64,000 bases of DNA from Lepidodermella squamata (taxonomy: Eukaryota; Animalia; Gastrotricha), in the NCBI GenBank assembly GCA_047495785.1, contig JBLDXI010000003.1:4340001-4404000 (forward strand), written 5' to 3'. A program made the position numbers and the translations under genes. Below are positions 12,085-25,890 of this stretch, piece by piece. Numbering within the stretch: position 1 is the first letter of the stretch; each line of letters begins with the position of its first letter. Under the pieces are notes generated by a model. It was not told the DNA's origin. It searched no databases and saw only the letters and a program-made list of their open reading frames with translations.

Positions 12085-14587
12085 AGTGAGCTGATTGTTG
12101 ATCAGCCGAAGTGAGCCACGATTATGCACCATTGGGGCCGTGCCCCTTTGATGCATAACTTCACATTTTCCTGCCCCAATATGCATAACTCACGATTTTG
12201 ACCTGAATCGTGATCTACGTGGTCGATTTACCCTATCCAGCTATTTTCAGGCGAGAACAGCCAAACTTGTGCTAGACGAGACACGGCATCTACAAGTGCT
12301 CAGGATGGCACCGACGGTACTTCAAGCGGCCAGGGGAAATCCTAAACCCGCATGCTCATGACGACAGTTTGATTTGATCACTTTGAATAAATTAAGATCA
12401 GCTAGTCACTTTGCATGCATTTTACCATCATTGATCGAACTTGTGTAGTAAATATTTGTGAGTATTGTTTCGGTTTTGAACATTTTTATTTTCATTATCA
12501 GTACCACAATAATATCAACTTCTTTCATATTTATCCTTCTTATTGTTTGCTCGTTCATCTCTGCTTTTTATAACAGATAGCTGTTGATAGCTCAACCGTG
12601 GTTGTTACGTGACGAAATGGCCTTACACTTTTCAAGGAATGCTGATCACCTTCTATCAATAATAATAGCGATCTCTTTTTTGCCTGTCAGTTATATTCTT
12701 ATGTTTCTTCCCGATTTTAACCAGCTTGCTGGCTTTCGCTTTTTTATTTGTTTGCGACTTTTGCGGTCAGAGCCTCGAACTGAAGTACGCCGTGCATTCT
12801 AGAAGAAAGTTGATTACTTGCTAAATACGTGAGCATTTTAGATACTCTATAGCCAGAGATTTTTTACAGTGTTCTTGGTTATGTTAGGCTGCCGAAACCG
12901 TGTTGCCACATACATAATGATTTTTCATTTACTTTGCGCTCGATCAAAAAGACGTTTTTATGAATTTTTAGCAATGAATAAATGTTGAATAACATTTGTG
13001 TATATACTGAATTTTTTCGATTTCACAAACAGCAGTTGACAAAGTAAGCGCTTGTTGAGCAGTCGCATGCTGATAACTGTCCGTAATTGTCCGATAGGAT
13101 GGGTATTTTTAGTGTGACTAGCTGCTTTCGATCTAGATTCTCAACACCGGGTTTTCGTTAGGTAGGTCGCTAGGCTCCATTTGATTTTGTTGTTGATTTT
13201 GATTTTATTATATTTAAACACCCCCAAATAAATCATGAAATTGGTCACCAGCACCAAGTTGTCTACGAATCTTGCCACTTTTAACGTTCAACGCATTCCA
13301 GATTATGGTAATTAAAAAAGCGTAAACTAAAGCTCAAAAATGTGTAACATAACGTATACATATAACATGAAACAGGTATAAGGTATAAGTGGCAGTCCTA
13401 GTCAAGGGAATACAAGTGACTAGCGACTACAAGGGAAACAACAATGCATCATTTCCAAAAGAACTAGTGCCACCCGGAAGAGCGCTCGAGATCTGAAATG
13501 AAGTCCCAGCAGCGGTCAATCAAAGCTAGCTCAAGATGTTCTGCACAATTCCCGACTTTGACAATTTGGCAGCGAAACGGAAATGCTGGTAAATGAGAGC
13601 ACAGACGACAAAAAAAATTCCGACACCATAATCAATTTTGAACTTATTGACGTAGCTCACGGTCTGCGAACATACTCGTATGACAAAAATTTGTATGTGA
13701 TTTGTAATAAGTTTTTTGCCGGGGTCGTATGTGTTGGCGAAAAAAATCGCATACGGCATACAGATTCGTTCACAAACTGATTCGTTTTTTCCTCGTATGT
13801 GATTTTTTATGGTCGAAGAGGCACGAAGAGGCCACTTTGATGTGGCTGGAACCCCGTCCGCCTGTTGAACAGGCCGGTATAATAGCATCTGCAATATGTT
13901 GCCATCATATTTAAGTGTTGCTATAAATAGGCTAATACTTGGTTGCTAGTACAGTGTGATTCAGAAAGGCCGCCCTAGCCACGATTAGTATTTGTCCCTC
14001 TTGTTTTTTCCCACATTTTTTTGTTCCAAGTCCGCGCGTGCCGACTCGAAAAACAATTTCGCGAAAAAATAATAATAGCCAAGAATTAAAATAATAAATC
14101 TAAAACAACAGATAAGACTAGAATTCAACAGCGACTGACAAGAATAGATAGGCAGGATGAAGAAAATCTGAACAGGGAACAATTTAGCTTTTGACAGGAA
14201 AAGCTTCCGTGAAAGCTTCGCATTTTGAAAATCCGAAAAACTACCATGGGAAATTAATATTAAATGCGGACTATAACCCTTAAAAGCTAAAACTGACGTT
14301 AAACAAATAATAATAAGTGAATAATAAGTGAAGTGTGTTAATAAGTGAAATGCATGGGAGCAGTGCTTGCTGCTCATAAAAGCACTGCAAAAGCTGTGGA
14401 AAAACCTGAAAACAGCTTAATATAGGACCGAAATTTGATTGATTACTGCAAGCTTTTTTGCTATCTGTCGTGATCGGCGTGGTCGGCATGATGTGTGTGA
14501 TCGTCTTGAAAAAACGCCAAAATGAACGATATTAATACGCGTTCATTCATCATAAAAACTGGAAAAACTGATGAATATGATCCAACT

Positions 14588-14899
14588 GGGGCACACAGTA
14601 GTTCAGTGGATAGCTGTCTGCTGTGTATTGAGCGTCAAGATCGATGGGCACGAGTTCGATCCCCACCCGGGTCGACCGTGGTTTATCAATGACGCTCTAC
14701 CCCGATGGTGGCCGACCACTCCATCGTGTTACAAAAGTGAATAGTGGTAGATTAGGAGTGTCAGCGAGACTGCACTAATCGCTACCGAGCTGTCCTCAAG
14801 AGACCCCAACAAGCGACCCTAAGAGCGCTCATTCGGGACCCATGGCTTCGGCCCATCCATTCAACGAATGGGACGTCTCAATAATAAAAAGGAATTTTC
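14588..14899 (+). mobile_element. tRNA-derived SINE
   Basis: A box TAGTTCAGTGG, B box GAGTTCGATCC, A-rich tail, and a 15-bp TSD GAATATGATCCAACT / GAATTTGATCCAACT (one mismatch). Confidence 0.8.
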
Positions 14900-15978
14900 G
14901 AATTTGATCCAACTTTTTCTACGGCCGTGTCTGTTTATGATGCGCTCGGGCGCCCTTTCTGAATCTGTGGCGAAGCCACCTGTTGAATGTTGAATTTGAA
15001 ATTGGCGGTCGACCTTGACCGAACCTCATGGATACGTGTAGCGTTAATGTAGTGACAAATGGCGAACTATGATTGGCTGGATATCGGTATATAAGATGGC
15101 TTGTTAATAATATGAAGGATTGGGAAAATAAACTAGAGATTGTGATATAACGTGTTGTTGTCGTTGCCAGTAGAAATACTAGCCTTGGTCTTCTCGCCAC
15201 AGAATCACACTGTATCTTTCAAAGCCATCTGTATTTTCTGGGTCAAATGCGGCCGTTGAGCTGATTCACGAACGCTTTTGATGGCTGAATTCAGAGTCCA
15301 GAATTCACGATAATTCAGCCATCTGGGGATCTCAGGTGATTGCCATCTGGCAATAGATCGAAAATGTGCAATCTGTTCCATGATTTCATTGTTGTACGGG
15401 CACAAAAACTTGCCGTAGATTGGCGAGCCTCGTCGGGTGTGGCGCAACCTAATTCCGAAATACTCCCAGCTTTTTCAAAGACTTCATGAATTTCTCATTG
15501 AACTATGGAAACTATGAAATGCAAAACTTAAAACAATGAATGCTGGCTGAAATCCCACGTTAACAATCTCGAGCTTCGTCACGGCAATTGTAAAATTCTG
15601 CGAAAATGGAGGCAGTTCCATGCATCTAATCTCCTGGAACAACATTTGCGTGGCGCCACCGTGGTATTTTTCTGGTGTGAAGGCTTTGAAGCCCCACAGC
15701 AGACCGGCGAAAACGATTTCGGGCGATAAATGGGACTTCGGCGTATTGGAGGCTCGTAAACGCCTTGACGAAAGTGGCCTAGATAAATTTTTTTATTTAT
15801 TTATTTATTTAAAGAGCATTGATCCCATTGTTGAGAGCTCGACTTGGAAAATTAGGTGCAATTATCAAAAAAAAGTGTGCAGAGAGCCGTTAGATTTGTC
15901 ATTTCCGTTTCGTTATAAGTCAAAAACAATTGAGATGCGTTTTGAAGCGTACGGTGAGATGCGTTTGTATAAAAATAA

Positions 15979-16835
15979 TCAACAACAAAGTAAATGTTTA
16001 TAAACAAGCTGTCTGCAGTCGTTGGCGGTGGCGCAGGCCTTGATTCCACATTCGCAGGTTGGAAGGTTGCCGTTGTAGGTGCTGATTTCAACTGGCCGAT
16101 GTTGTGAGCAATGGAAGTGGATTGGCAGGGTGTTGAAGAACACTGGCCCGCGGTGACTGAGACTGGCTTTGCCGTAGTCGATGCGGAATTTGGGAACTTT
16201 GAAGGTCAGCCGGGCACTTCGAAGTCGGCCGGGCTCGTTTTTGACGAATAGTGAGGCTATGGCATCGGGTGCTTCATCGATGACACACCTGAACATTAGC
16301 GTAGCCAGGTGAACATTGCGTTTACCGTTCAGGTCTAGCCAGCCTAGTTGCTTTCGAAGAGGATCTGCGGCTGCGGTATAAGGCGCATTCATAATTATGC
16401 GGACCGCTCTGTCTTGCAGCCTTTGAAGGCGTTCGAGGGACGTTTTACTCGCCTCTCCGAGTACAGTGTCGCAGTATTGAAGATGAGCGAATACAAGCCC
16501 GTTGGCCATTGCTTTAAGGCACGTGCGATTCAGAACGTTTTTCGCAGCAAGTTGTAGAGCAAAAAGGCCCTAGAGCAAAAAGGCGGCGTCGATGTGCTCG
16601 TGATGTAGCAGCTTGTTGTCGAAGGTGAAGCCTAGGAGGCGCATTGATTCGGTTTCCTCAATTCGATTGCCATCGATGGTGATTTCGATTTTTCGATCGG
16701 ATTTGCTCAGAGATAGGATCATCAGCTGAGATTTTTTCGAATTGACCTTGAGGCTATTGGAATTCAGCCAGTTGGTAACCAAATTGATGTCTTTTTGCAG
16801 GGTGCATTGAATTTCGTGGTCGGTTTTAGCTGCGA
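15979..16835 (-). mobile_element. L2/CR1 LINE ORF2 C-terminal fragment
   Basis: LQKDINLVTNWLNSNSLKVNSKKSQLM, LLGFTFDNKL, HLQYCDTV, LQRLQDRAVRII, LGWL. Confidence 0.9.
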
Positions 16836-19800
16836 AGTAAATGGGGTACCAACTACGCCAAAATGAATGAGGTTTAGTTATCCTCATTCACAAGTGCACT
16901 TAAATAGCAGTAATAGCACTTAAATTTATCGCCACGCCGCGCAGATCGCCAAAATGGGAGTCAAATTCAATTTTTGACAGAAAGCCGTTCAAACTTTTCG
17001 GGCTTCGGCTCGGGTTCCTGGACGCCAAACTCGACTGTAGGCGCGTCAGTAAATGCGGCGTTCTGGGACTTTTTCGCGGGCGGCTCGCAATGCTAGCAGG
17101 CAGCTGTGGGAATCGGGCCGAACAAAGCTGCAATTTCGTTTGCTGCCGACGGCAGAATTTCAGCAGGCTAGCCTCAGTATGAGGGCGACGAATCTCAAAA
17201 CTGTCGGCATCGCCAGCTATAAGATCCTCGTGCAGCACCCTGTCGAAGGAAATGACCGTCCCGGCACAGGTACCAACTACGCCATTATCGGCCACGCCTG
17301 CTTCTAGCAAATAAAGCCACCAGGGCTGAAAACTATTGCCTGAATCCAGCTCTTCCTGGTTCATCTCCGACAGCCTTCAACACAGCCTGCTTTTCAGCAC
17401 GGCCCCATTGCTCAATCGCTATACAAGAAATATACCCGAAATATACCCGCAATACCCGAGCTCTTTAATAACCCTGCTTCAAGGGCCACGCAAGTCATGA
17501 TTAATGGTGCACGCACCTATGTGTAATCGATTTAAGGAAGAATTTAAGTGGTTTAAAGTTTTCCCGATGGGCTAATCAGAAGGCGCGACGCATCTCGGAA
17601 TGATAAACCGTTAGAAATTCTCCGCGCCTATAGGCGTGCTTTTTTCGGTGTGTATCAGCAAAATTGTGCAGAAATAACAGCTGGAAAACAAGTGAGCCGG
17701 AAAGAGGTGGCAAATTTTCGAGATGTGCCAGGTATTCCATATTCCAGCAACCTATTTCCAGCAGCATTTCTCCAGGTCATTGCAGATGATTCCACTACCT
17801 CGTGCTTTCCTCTAGCTTCGATCAATCAAAAAAGACATAAATCAGCAGTATTTAGTATTTTATTTGGGAAAGAATTAGCGTCGGAGAGATGTCGAAAAAA
17901 CTAAGTTTAAAGGTACGAAGTTGAGTAGGCATCAGACACAGCCAAAATTTCGTTTGCCTTGCTACGGCAGCGTCTTTATTTCTTTTCTTCGTAACCGCTT
18001 CTTTTCCGCTCCGAAGGGCTACATGCATGAAAAACAAAGATGAGAACGTTTATGAGCAGGCAATTAACATGTCAGCACTCTTACCGTAATTCGTACAGCT
18101 TATCAAGTTTTAGCATAGTAATGGACGGGCGACTACTGCGAGTTTCCGCACCTCACGAATTGACAACCCAGACCGAACTTGATTCTTTATTCACCCTGTA
18201 TAAAAGCAAATCTAGATTCCCAGACGTTAGCATGAACTCTGCGCAGGTACCTACTGAGCGAACGTAGTTCAAATATTCGAATATTCACATGCTGGACGCA
18301 GCCATCGGAACTTATGAAAATTCACCGAGTTTCTAGCTGGCCAGGCCATGGCCAGGCGTATCCAATCGGTCGTTTAAAATCCAACAGAAAATTGAAAGTA
18401 CAATTTCGCAACTAAGCATCAAAACATCTTTAAACCGCTTAGGACTTAAAAAACAATAAAATTTCTATGCGCCTTAATAATTTACGAATTGAAATTCGTC
18501 GAAAGCTGATTGGCTCGCGTCAGTGACTAAAAACTCAAGAAATCGTCTATAAAATTATAAAATATCTAAGGAAGAAGGAAGAAGAAGAGGGAAGAATAGA
18601 AAGGAAGAATAGGAAGAATAAGAGAGGCAAGTGGAAGATCTCGGTACACCAAGTGATTGAATAGTCGCCGTGCTGCATCCATCAAGTCGATGATCACTCC
18701 GCAGTTGCGAACTGCACGGAAATGACCACCGACTTCGAGAAATTCAATGGCGTCTTGCTGGCTTCTAAATCGAATTATTGCAGACAAGCGGAAAGCATTC
18801 AAACGCAGGTCTAAGTTTTTACATTTTAGTACAACCAAGTAAACAAGCGCTGACGATCAATGCGAAGTCCTCAGGCAGAAAACGATGACAAGAATGTCGC
18901 TGTGGTTTTCCTGGTTGAAAACGATAGTTTTGCTCACTGGAGACTGAAAATATCCTGACATCGTCAAGTTCACCTCTGTGCTGTACCGGCAGCTATGAGT
19001 CGGCCGGTGGGCCGGCAGCTTCAGCATCAGGCGCAGCGTGAAGACGGCGCTCATCGTTGCCCCACTAGATCATCGCAGCGCGGGCATGGTCGCATCGCCG
19101 AAAATAAAACGATAAGTGACTGTTCAATAATATTGTGAACTTGTTAAGAGAAAATAGAGAAAACAGCAACAAAACGTGCTTCAAAAGATTCGAGTTACAC
19201 ATGAGCACTCGAGTCGTCGATTGTCGTGCTGTTTGATTTATTGGCGCTGGTTGGCTAGGCGATGCCGTTCGCCAAGCGGTCGTAGTCGAAGACTCCGTGA
19301 CAAGTGAATATCAAGTGAATATAGCCCATTTATTCGAGCCGAGGGTGGGAGCGCGGTAATTGGCCGGTTGACTCTGGCCAGCAGCAGTGAGCATAATTTC
19401 TTCGTTTTGTTACAGAAGTGCGAGGACTGGAAAAACAAGCAAGAAAATACAAATTTATAATTCTCCATTTTTACTCACAGCCACGCTGATGTAGGCTGAG
19501 ACAACGAAGAAGCCGGGCGATGAGTGGCGGGCGTATTCGGCGCTCGGCGGCTGTGACGACGATGGCGAGAGATTGACGGTAGTTTTCACTACAATACTAC
19601 ATTAAACAAGCTGATGCTGAACACTAAATCTAGAGCTAATGATGAGTTTACCTCCGACGAGCGTGTTTTCCAACATATTTCCGGCCAATCGTGATTGGCA
19701 AAGAGCTGTCCCTCGCGTTGCTTGCCACAAGTGTTCCGATGACACGCCAAGATAGTGGCCGACGCGCATCAACGTTTCCCTTGTGGTTGCGCTCGACTTT

Positions 19801-19899
19801 TTTCGGTTGGCGGTATTTTACCGCAAACCCGCAATTGCTTTTGGTGCTTGTTAGCCCCAAGTTTGCGATAAGAGATGATCGTAGCAGAAATATAACCAT

Positions 19900-20090
19900 T
19901 TGTAACACGTGGGAAACCTATACTGTAGGAAGAATAATCATCTTTGAATGACAGGAGGTACAGAACATTATTAAAAAGCTCGGCAGTCGGCTCAGGACCT
20001 GCCAAATCGAAAACACCGCGGCTCTGTGCGTGCTCATCTCGCCGGTGGACAAGCTCCATTGGCTTTCTCCAGTTGGCAAAGTTCACATAC
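19900..20090 (-). mobile_element. Copia integrase core fragment
   Basis: PMELVH...DLAGP...YLLSFKDDYSSY matches LELVHSDLCGP...YFLTFIDDYSRY. Confidence 0.75.
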
Positions 20091-20316
20091 GTGCTAAGAA
20101 GATTTTCTTCAAGAGTCTAATTTGTCGAGAATGTGTACCGATTTTGGCATCCGACCAAAATGGCACTAGGCCAACATTCCGGAAGATTCTAATCTAGATC
20201 TTTCTATGGACTATAAATACGCGGCTTAAAGAGATTTTTTTACATGCGATACTTTCTGATGAGTCACTTGCAATAAACAAGAGTTTTCCCTTCTGTCCTG
20301 TTGCGCATGCACTACA

Positions 20317-21156
20317 TTATTGGCGAACATGACTTTCACTCGAATTGATCACAATCTTCTCCATTATCTTTAATGGAACCGGCATGACACTGATGGGTCG
20401 GTAGTTAGCCGGGTCGGTAGGATCCCCCGACTTGAAGATGGGAGTAACAGTCGACTTGAGCCATTCGGCTGGGATTACACCGGTGTTAAGGCTTTTCTGG
20501 TAGATAATGGTTAGCGCTGGCGCAATTTCAGCAGCAGCTTCACTCCAGAACCTCATCGGCAGGCCAGGACAGCCAGACGCTTTTTTCGCCATTGCCAAAT
20601 ATTTCTGAACGGAGAATGAATCGATGGTAATTGATTCTGCTTTTTCAGCCGGACGACGCTTCAAGAATTGTTTAAACTCATCACTAGGAGTAGAGCGTTT
20701 CAGATCGTCGTTGATTTGTTGTCCGATTGTCGAAAAGTACAAGTTCAAATCTTCATCGCTACATTTTCTGTCGTCAGATGCCGCAGTTTTGGATTTGCCG
20801 ATTGAAGGAAGTAGAGCTATTAGCGATCGCCAGAATTTCGAACAACCTTTTTTCTATTCGTTTCGCACCCATGTTGCCTTAGCATTCCTTTTTGCTCGTT
20901 GGACCTCGAGCCGAGCTTCAATGAAGTGAGCATAGATCGCATTTGCAGCAGCTGTGTCACCATGTTTGCAAGCTTTGTTGTATTCCCTCTTCAGCTTATC
21001 GCGCACAGGTATGCTTTTGATCATAGGCGTGATCCATTGAGTAGTATTGTCCTGCGTTTTGATCGTCTTTTTAGGGGCACATCGGTCAATGATGTCCTTG
21101 AATTGATTTTGAAAGACTGACCACAAATCCTCAACCGAATCTAGGCCACAAAACAA
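20317..21156 (-). mobile_element. L2/CR1 LINE ORF2 fragment (linker and start of RT)
   Basis: WSVFQNQFKDIIDRCAP, WITPMIK, NLYFSTIG, IAPALTIIYQKSL.TG.IP.EW, NYRPISVMP. Confidence 0.9.
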
Positions 21157-21446
21157 TGTGTTCCATCAATACGCTGTAGCTCAACATGAAAGGTCTCTTT
21201 ATCCAGCTTTGAACGAATTTCGATCATTTGATACCGTGCATTCTTCGGTTTCGAGCAGATTTGATAGACCGTATTTGGAAGCCGTACTCACCATTGTTTT
21301 TGAAAAAGAAAAGAGCAAGGAAAAGAAAAGAGAGGAAACCTTACCCAAACCTTACCGTCGCAACGCGCGCTTCGAGCTCCGAGACGCACTGTACATAGCC
21401 CTAAGCATAAAGAAGAGCCGAGAAGTGAAACCCAGCCGTTTCAGAT

Positions 21447-22432
21447 TCCATACGCCATAAAATGCTTCCCAAGCAACTGCTTCCCAATCATTGCTCTAGG
21501 AGCAAAGTGCTTCCCAAGCAGGCAAACCGAAATGGCTAAGGAATCACTGCTTCTGAAGCAGTTGCTTCCCAAGCAGAGTTGCGCACTTTTCCCTTCTTCA
21601 CCGCTGAACCACAAAAGCAATCATAGTAAATCGTAAGTAAAGACAAGAATTATATTGTTTGATTAACTAATGCATCAATCTCGATCAATCTCACCCTTAG
21701 TAGCCCTCCACCCTAGCCGCCCTTCGTAAGCGACGCGCCAGAACAACCACTTTGATGACTCATTCGATTGTAATTCAAGGAGCCTAACTTAATGATGCAG
21801 TATGTTCGGCTTTATTAACACTGATCGCACTGATCGTAATCCGCATTTACATTCAAGGTTCAAGGGTCGACCGTACTTCCCATAAAAAATCCATAAATAG
21901 TAAAGTGAACGTACCTGAAGTTAGCGGGCCATCCCCTGGCGGGCCACCCTTCCGTGTTACTTAAATTTGTGCTTTTTATGTGAAATATGTGCCTCGATGA
22001 GGCACATAATACCATGCTATCGGCACAAAAATAGCACCTTCCTATCATTGGCTTGCTAAAAAATGGCCCGCTAACTTCAGGTACGTGTAAAGTGATGGGT
22101 TTGGCGCGTCGCTAAGGACTAATGATATCCAGATATGAAAATAAAACATCATTTTCACTAACTTTTCATTTTTAGTGTTGAAGCCATTGATCGATCGTTG
22201 ATTGATCATGCAACGGATCCTTGCTCCGTGTTGCGCGCAACCTGTGGTAACAGGGCTAAATAGCCAATTTCCTTAAAATCTAGCTTTCTCGAACAGTGTT
22301 GCTTTCCAATCAATTGCTTGGGAAGCAATGCTTGTGAAGCAGTGCTCTGTGCTCTCTAAGCGTGACGCTTGGGAAGCAGTTGCTTTGGAAGCAGTTGATT
22401 GGGAAGCATTTCATGGCGTACGGCGTACGGAA
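21447..22432. mobile_element. Non-autonomous TIR element with GCTTCCCAAGCA subrepeats
   Basis: Left TTCCATACGCCATAAAATGCTTCCCAA is mirrored by right TTGGGAAGCATTTCATGGCGTACGG. Confidence 0.75.
21909..22086. mobile_element. Nested 178-bp MITE with a 9-bp TSD (Mutator/Merlin-like)
   Basis: Perfect 24-bp TIR ACGTACCTGAAGTTAGCGGGCCAT; TSD GTAAAGTGA on both sides. Confidence 0.9.
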
Positions 22433-22677
22433 TGGATGGATGGATGGATGTTAGACCCTGACACCAATACTGGTGATTTAACAGGGCTTCGGTTCATGAG
22501 TTAAAACCTGTCACCGATTATTCGGTGTTAGGCGCAGAGTGGCACTATAGAATACGAAAATAAATTATAAAAATAGAGCTATGATCTATTTGGTCCATTC
22601 AGACACCTGCTCGATGAAGAATTGCTGCAAGTAGGCGGCTTTGCGACAGGCTTTCGAGCTAGTCAGCTTACGAATGA
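22433..22677 (-). mobile_element. 5'-truncated LINE copy (3' end only)
   Basis: Reverse complement of 7558-7802, including the (ATCC)n tail. Confidence 0.9.
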
Positions 22678-22821
22678 AAGGAATCTGCAAAACCCAAAAT
22701 CAAAATAGCGCGGGTAAAAGGTCTTTTGTTTTGAATTTTGTTTAATATTTCATTTTTATTCGTGCATTTTTATTACGATATAAAAAATATTTCGCTTAAA
22801 TAAAACCGATTGGAATTTGCT

Positions 22822-24310
22822 CACACTGAAGCTAAAGTAACGCGTTATTTCGGCACAAAAAGTAACGCGTAACTGTAAAAATTCAAAGTAACGCCCTACT
22901 TTAGGAAAAAGTAACGCGCTACTTTTTCTTTTCGTGTTTTGTGAGTTTTGCGGTTACGCGTTACTTTTAATCTATCCGTGGCGCGTTACTTTCAAGAATT
23001 ACAGCGAAAAGTAACGCGTTAATTTCGAGGCGATTTTCACCTGCGTTGTCAAGGAAACATGTCTAAATTAGCCTGCTACCCCTGCTACCTGCTGCTACTG
23101 CTTCTGCTGCTGCTGATACTGCTTCTGCTGCATATAGGCGTTATAATTGCAATCATAAAAACACGGAAGAACTGTTACAGAAAATCATTTATTGGTTTGC
23201 AAATTCTTAGGACGACAGATGGACTGATGGTAACATTAATAAGAGAACAAGAATAAGTCTCAGTGATAGTTATTATTGATGTCGGGTGGCGGGTCTTATT
23301 GATAGTTGATTGGACTTCCATTGCTCATTACCAACACGGAAATAGCGCTTTTCAAATCGACTGACGTAAGATGTACCCCAAGGTTTCAGCTGTTGCTTCA
23401 AATCTTCTTAGATTGCTTTATTTCCCTGTTAAAATCTGCAGGATGAATTGCTTAGTTGCATTATCGATTTGCTCGAAGATCACCGGCCACCGGCCACTTA
23501 GCGAGATCCGTCACCGCTGTGATGAGGATGTCGTCGACGCCAGATTCGATGGGAAGACTGGCTTCTAATTATTCTGCTTCGAGTATTGATACATCCACTA
23601 ATCAACATTAACGAACAAATTAGCTCAAGTTAGTCTAAGCGAGCATTAAAACATACATCTATTAGCTGGAAGTAGGAATTCACAGTAGCGGTTGATGTCG
23701 TCGTCTTCTTGATCTAGTTGATGGCGGCAAGTCGTTCCATTTGCTAGCATCGCGAAATCAAAAGTTGAGCTTGTCGAGAAATTTCGACGCTATGGAAGTT
23801 GCTTAGCCTGTTTTGTGATCAAATGAAGATTATTTCAGCAAGTTATTGATGAGGGCAGGCACTTGTGAGTGCAGACAATACCAGACTGAAGTTGACTTAG
23901 TTAAAACTTACGTCTTCACTTTTTAAAACACAAAATTATTAGACAAGTTAATTCGAAACACATTCTGAATAAAAAATGCTAAAAATGCCAAGGCGTGCTT
24001 TCGAACGCATGCGCGTGCAAATATTTCCGGCGTTACGCGTTACTTTTGCTCCATTTGTCAAAAAGTAACGCGTCACCCATCCTTGAGCTCCGTCAGCATT
24101 CATATGGCGCGTTACTTTTTTATTTCATCTCATTTGCAACGCGCCACTTTCTCGGCTACATTTTCGTAACGCGTTCCTGCCTTTAATTTTATTAATTCCA
24201 CCCATTTGTAACGCGTTACTTTTAGTTTCCAACCACAGAACGCGCCACTTTTGTATTTTGTTCATTATCCTTTCTCATGTAACGCGTTATTTTTGCTTCA
24301 GTGCACCCCG
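22822..24310. mobile_element. hAT-like non-autonomous element with GTAACGCGTTACT subterminal repeats
   Basis: Clusters of AAAGTAACGCG motifs at 22830-23025 and inverted at 24030-24295; ends CACTGAAGC / GCTTCAGTGCACCCCG. Confidence 0.65.
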
Positions 24311-25128
24311 TCGAAAATCGCGGGCTACGCGCGCGCAATTCAAGCGCTTGTTAGGGCAAGCCGAAAGAGCAGAAAAAGCAATAGCGGAAAATTCTGCCTA
24401 ATTTTAGGCAGAAAACATTTTTCGCAATTCAAGCGCCATTCAAGCTGCATCGCTCGGACGTAAAGACGTAGGTAGAGAAACAGAGAAATTATAGAGAGTC
24501 GATATCCCAACCAAAAGCTGGTGTCCAGCGTGTCTTCTCCATCTACAGACCACAGACCACAATGCACTGCAAGGCACACAAACTCATTCTTTATGAAAAG
24601 TTATTGAAAGTCGTTGGGCGTTGGGCGCCTAATACTGTACTCCTGTCGTCGTGTGGCGACCCTTCCTACCTTTTCTACCTAATACACGACGCCGTAAAAT
24701 CTTACTTATGACATATGGCGCATATGCTGCCACTCGCTACCCGTTATTTTTGTTCTATTTCTTGTTCTTGTGTTGACATTTCTTCATCTATACATGTTAG
24801 CCTCGCGCTAAAAGGGCGGCTTTACTAGTAATAGAATTATGCTGATAACTACGGGATTTTACGCCTAAATCATTTAACTTTATCTCCCCGAAGATGATTT
24901 CTGTTAGAAATCGAAACGTCGGAAATAAACTGATTGCGCTAAATTTCATCAAAAGTCAACTTTGTTTCACTAAAGTCGGCTTTATCCGCAAACATAAATG
25001 TACTACGGCCGATAAAGTCGACCGGCCTCGGCTTTATCGCCTTGAAGTCGGCTCTAACGGCCGATTTTTGTCCGAAATCGAGCGATTTGACCTCAAAAAC
25101 ACTTGTTGACCTAATTGTATAAGAATCA

Positions 25129-25890
25129 TCCATATCCAGCGAGAACTTTCTAGCGAAAGTTGGCTAGTATGGTGGCTAAGAAGGATTCAAGGTCGTATCG
25201 CCGATATCGTATTTTTGATTTGACGATTTACTAGCCGCTGGTGTTTGGTGTTTTTTCATGATATCGAATTACTCTTGCCTTGTTTTTCAGATTTAGACAT
25301 TTTAAATCAATTGAACTTGAAATACTGCATAAAATGGCAGTGGCATTTGCAATCGCAGAGACAGCTGATTTTGCTGTGATTTCGGCCTCTACATTACGCT
25401 GTCTTGCTGAAGTCCGTGAACATTTCATGAATTCGGCAGTTTCCAGCCTCTGAGTCCTTTGGTGCTTTCAAGAATGCGAAAGGCGCAGTTCGCCGTGTTC
25501 ATCCTGAATCTTACCATTCCGGAAGCGGGCTGAATCGAACTCATGGAGAGTGGCTAGCATTATCACAGCTATCACATAATGCTACTTTTTGCACAGTTTG
25601 CTTTGCTAACTGCAATATTTTTCCATGGGCATCGTCCGGATACAAGTTCAATCACAATAGCTTGTCGAAGTTTTATCAAGCTATGAAAAAGCATGCGATG
25701 TCTCAAGAACACATTTTGGCAATGAGCAATTCGAGCTGATGCGAGGAAGATAGGTAATCCAATTCACACCAAATTCGATGAAACCAACAATAAAGCTCGC
25801 GAAGCCCTGAAGCAAATTGTAGGCGTCATCAAGTGTTTAGTTTTAAGCCAAGCAAAACTTGCCATTTCGTGGCCATCGTGAGCAGGTAAG
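25129..25890 (+). mobile_element. Degenerate hAT transposase (ZMYM1-like, TTF zinc finger/DUF4371)
   Basis: Frameshifted EWL..S...FC..C..W...GY..KH region and AKQNLPFRGHRE motif. Confidence 0.7.

Noticed and set aside
14588-14670. tRNA gene
   Set aside because: No proper cloverleaf or acceptor stem; it is the head of a SINE with TSDs
19142-19593. Solo LTR (TG...CA, AATAAA) on the minus strand
   Set aside because: No matching TSD or second copy in the window
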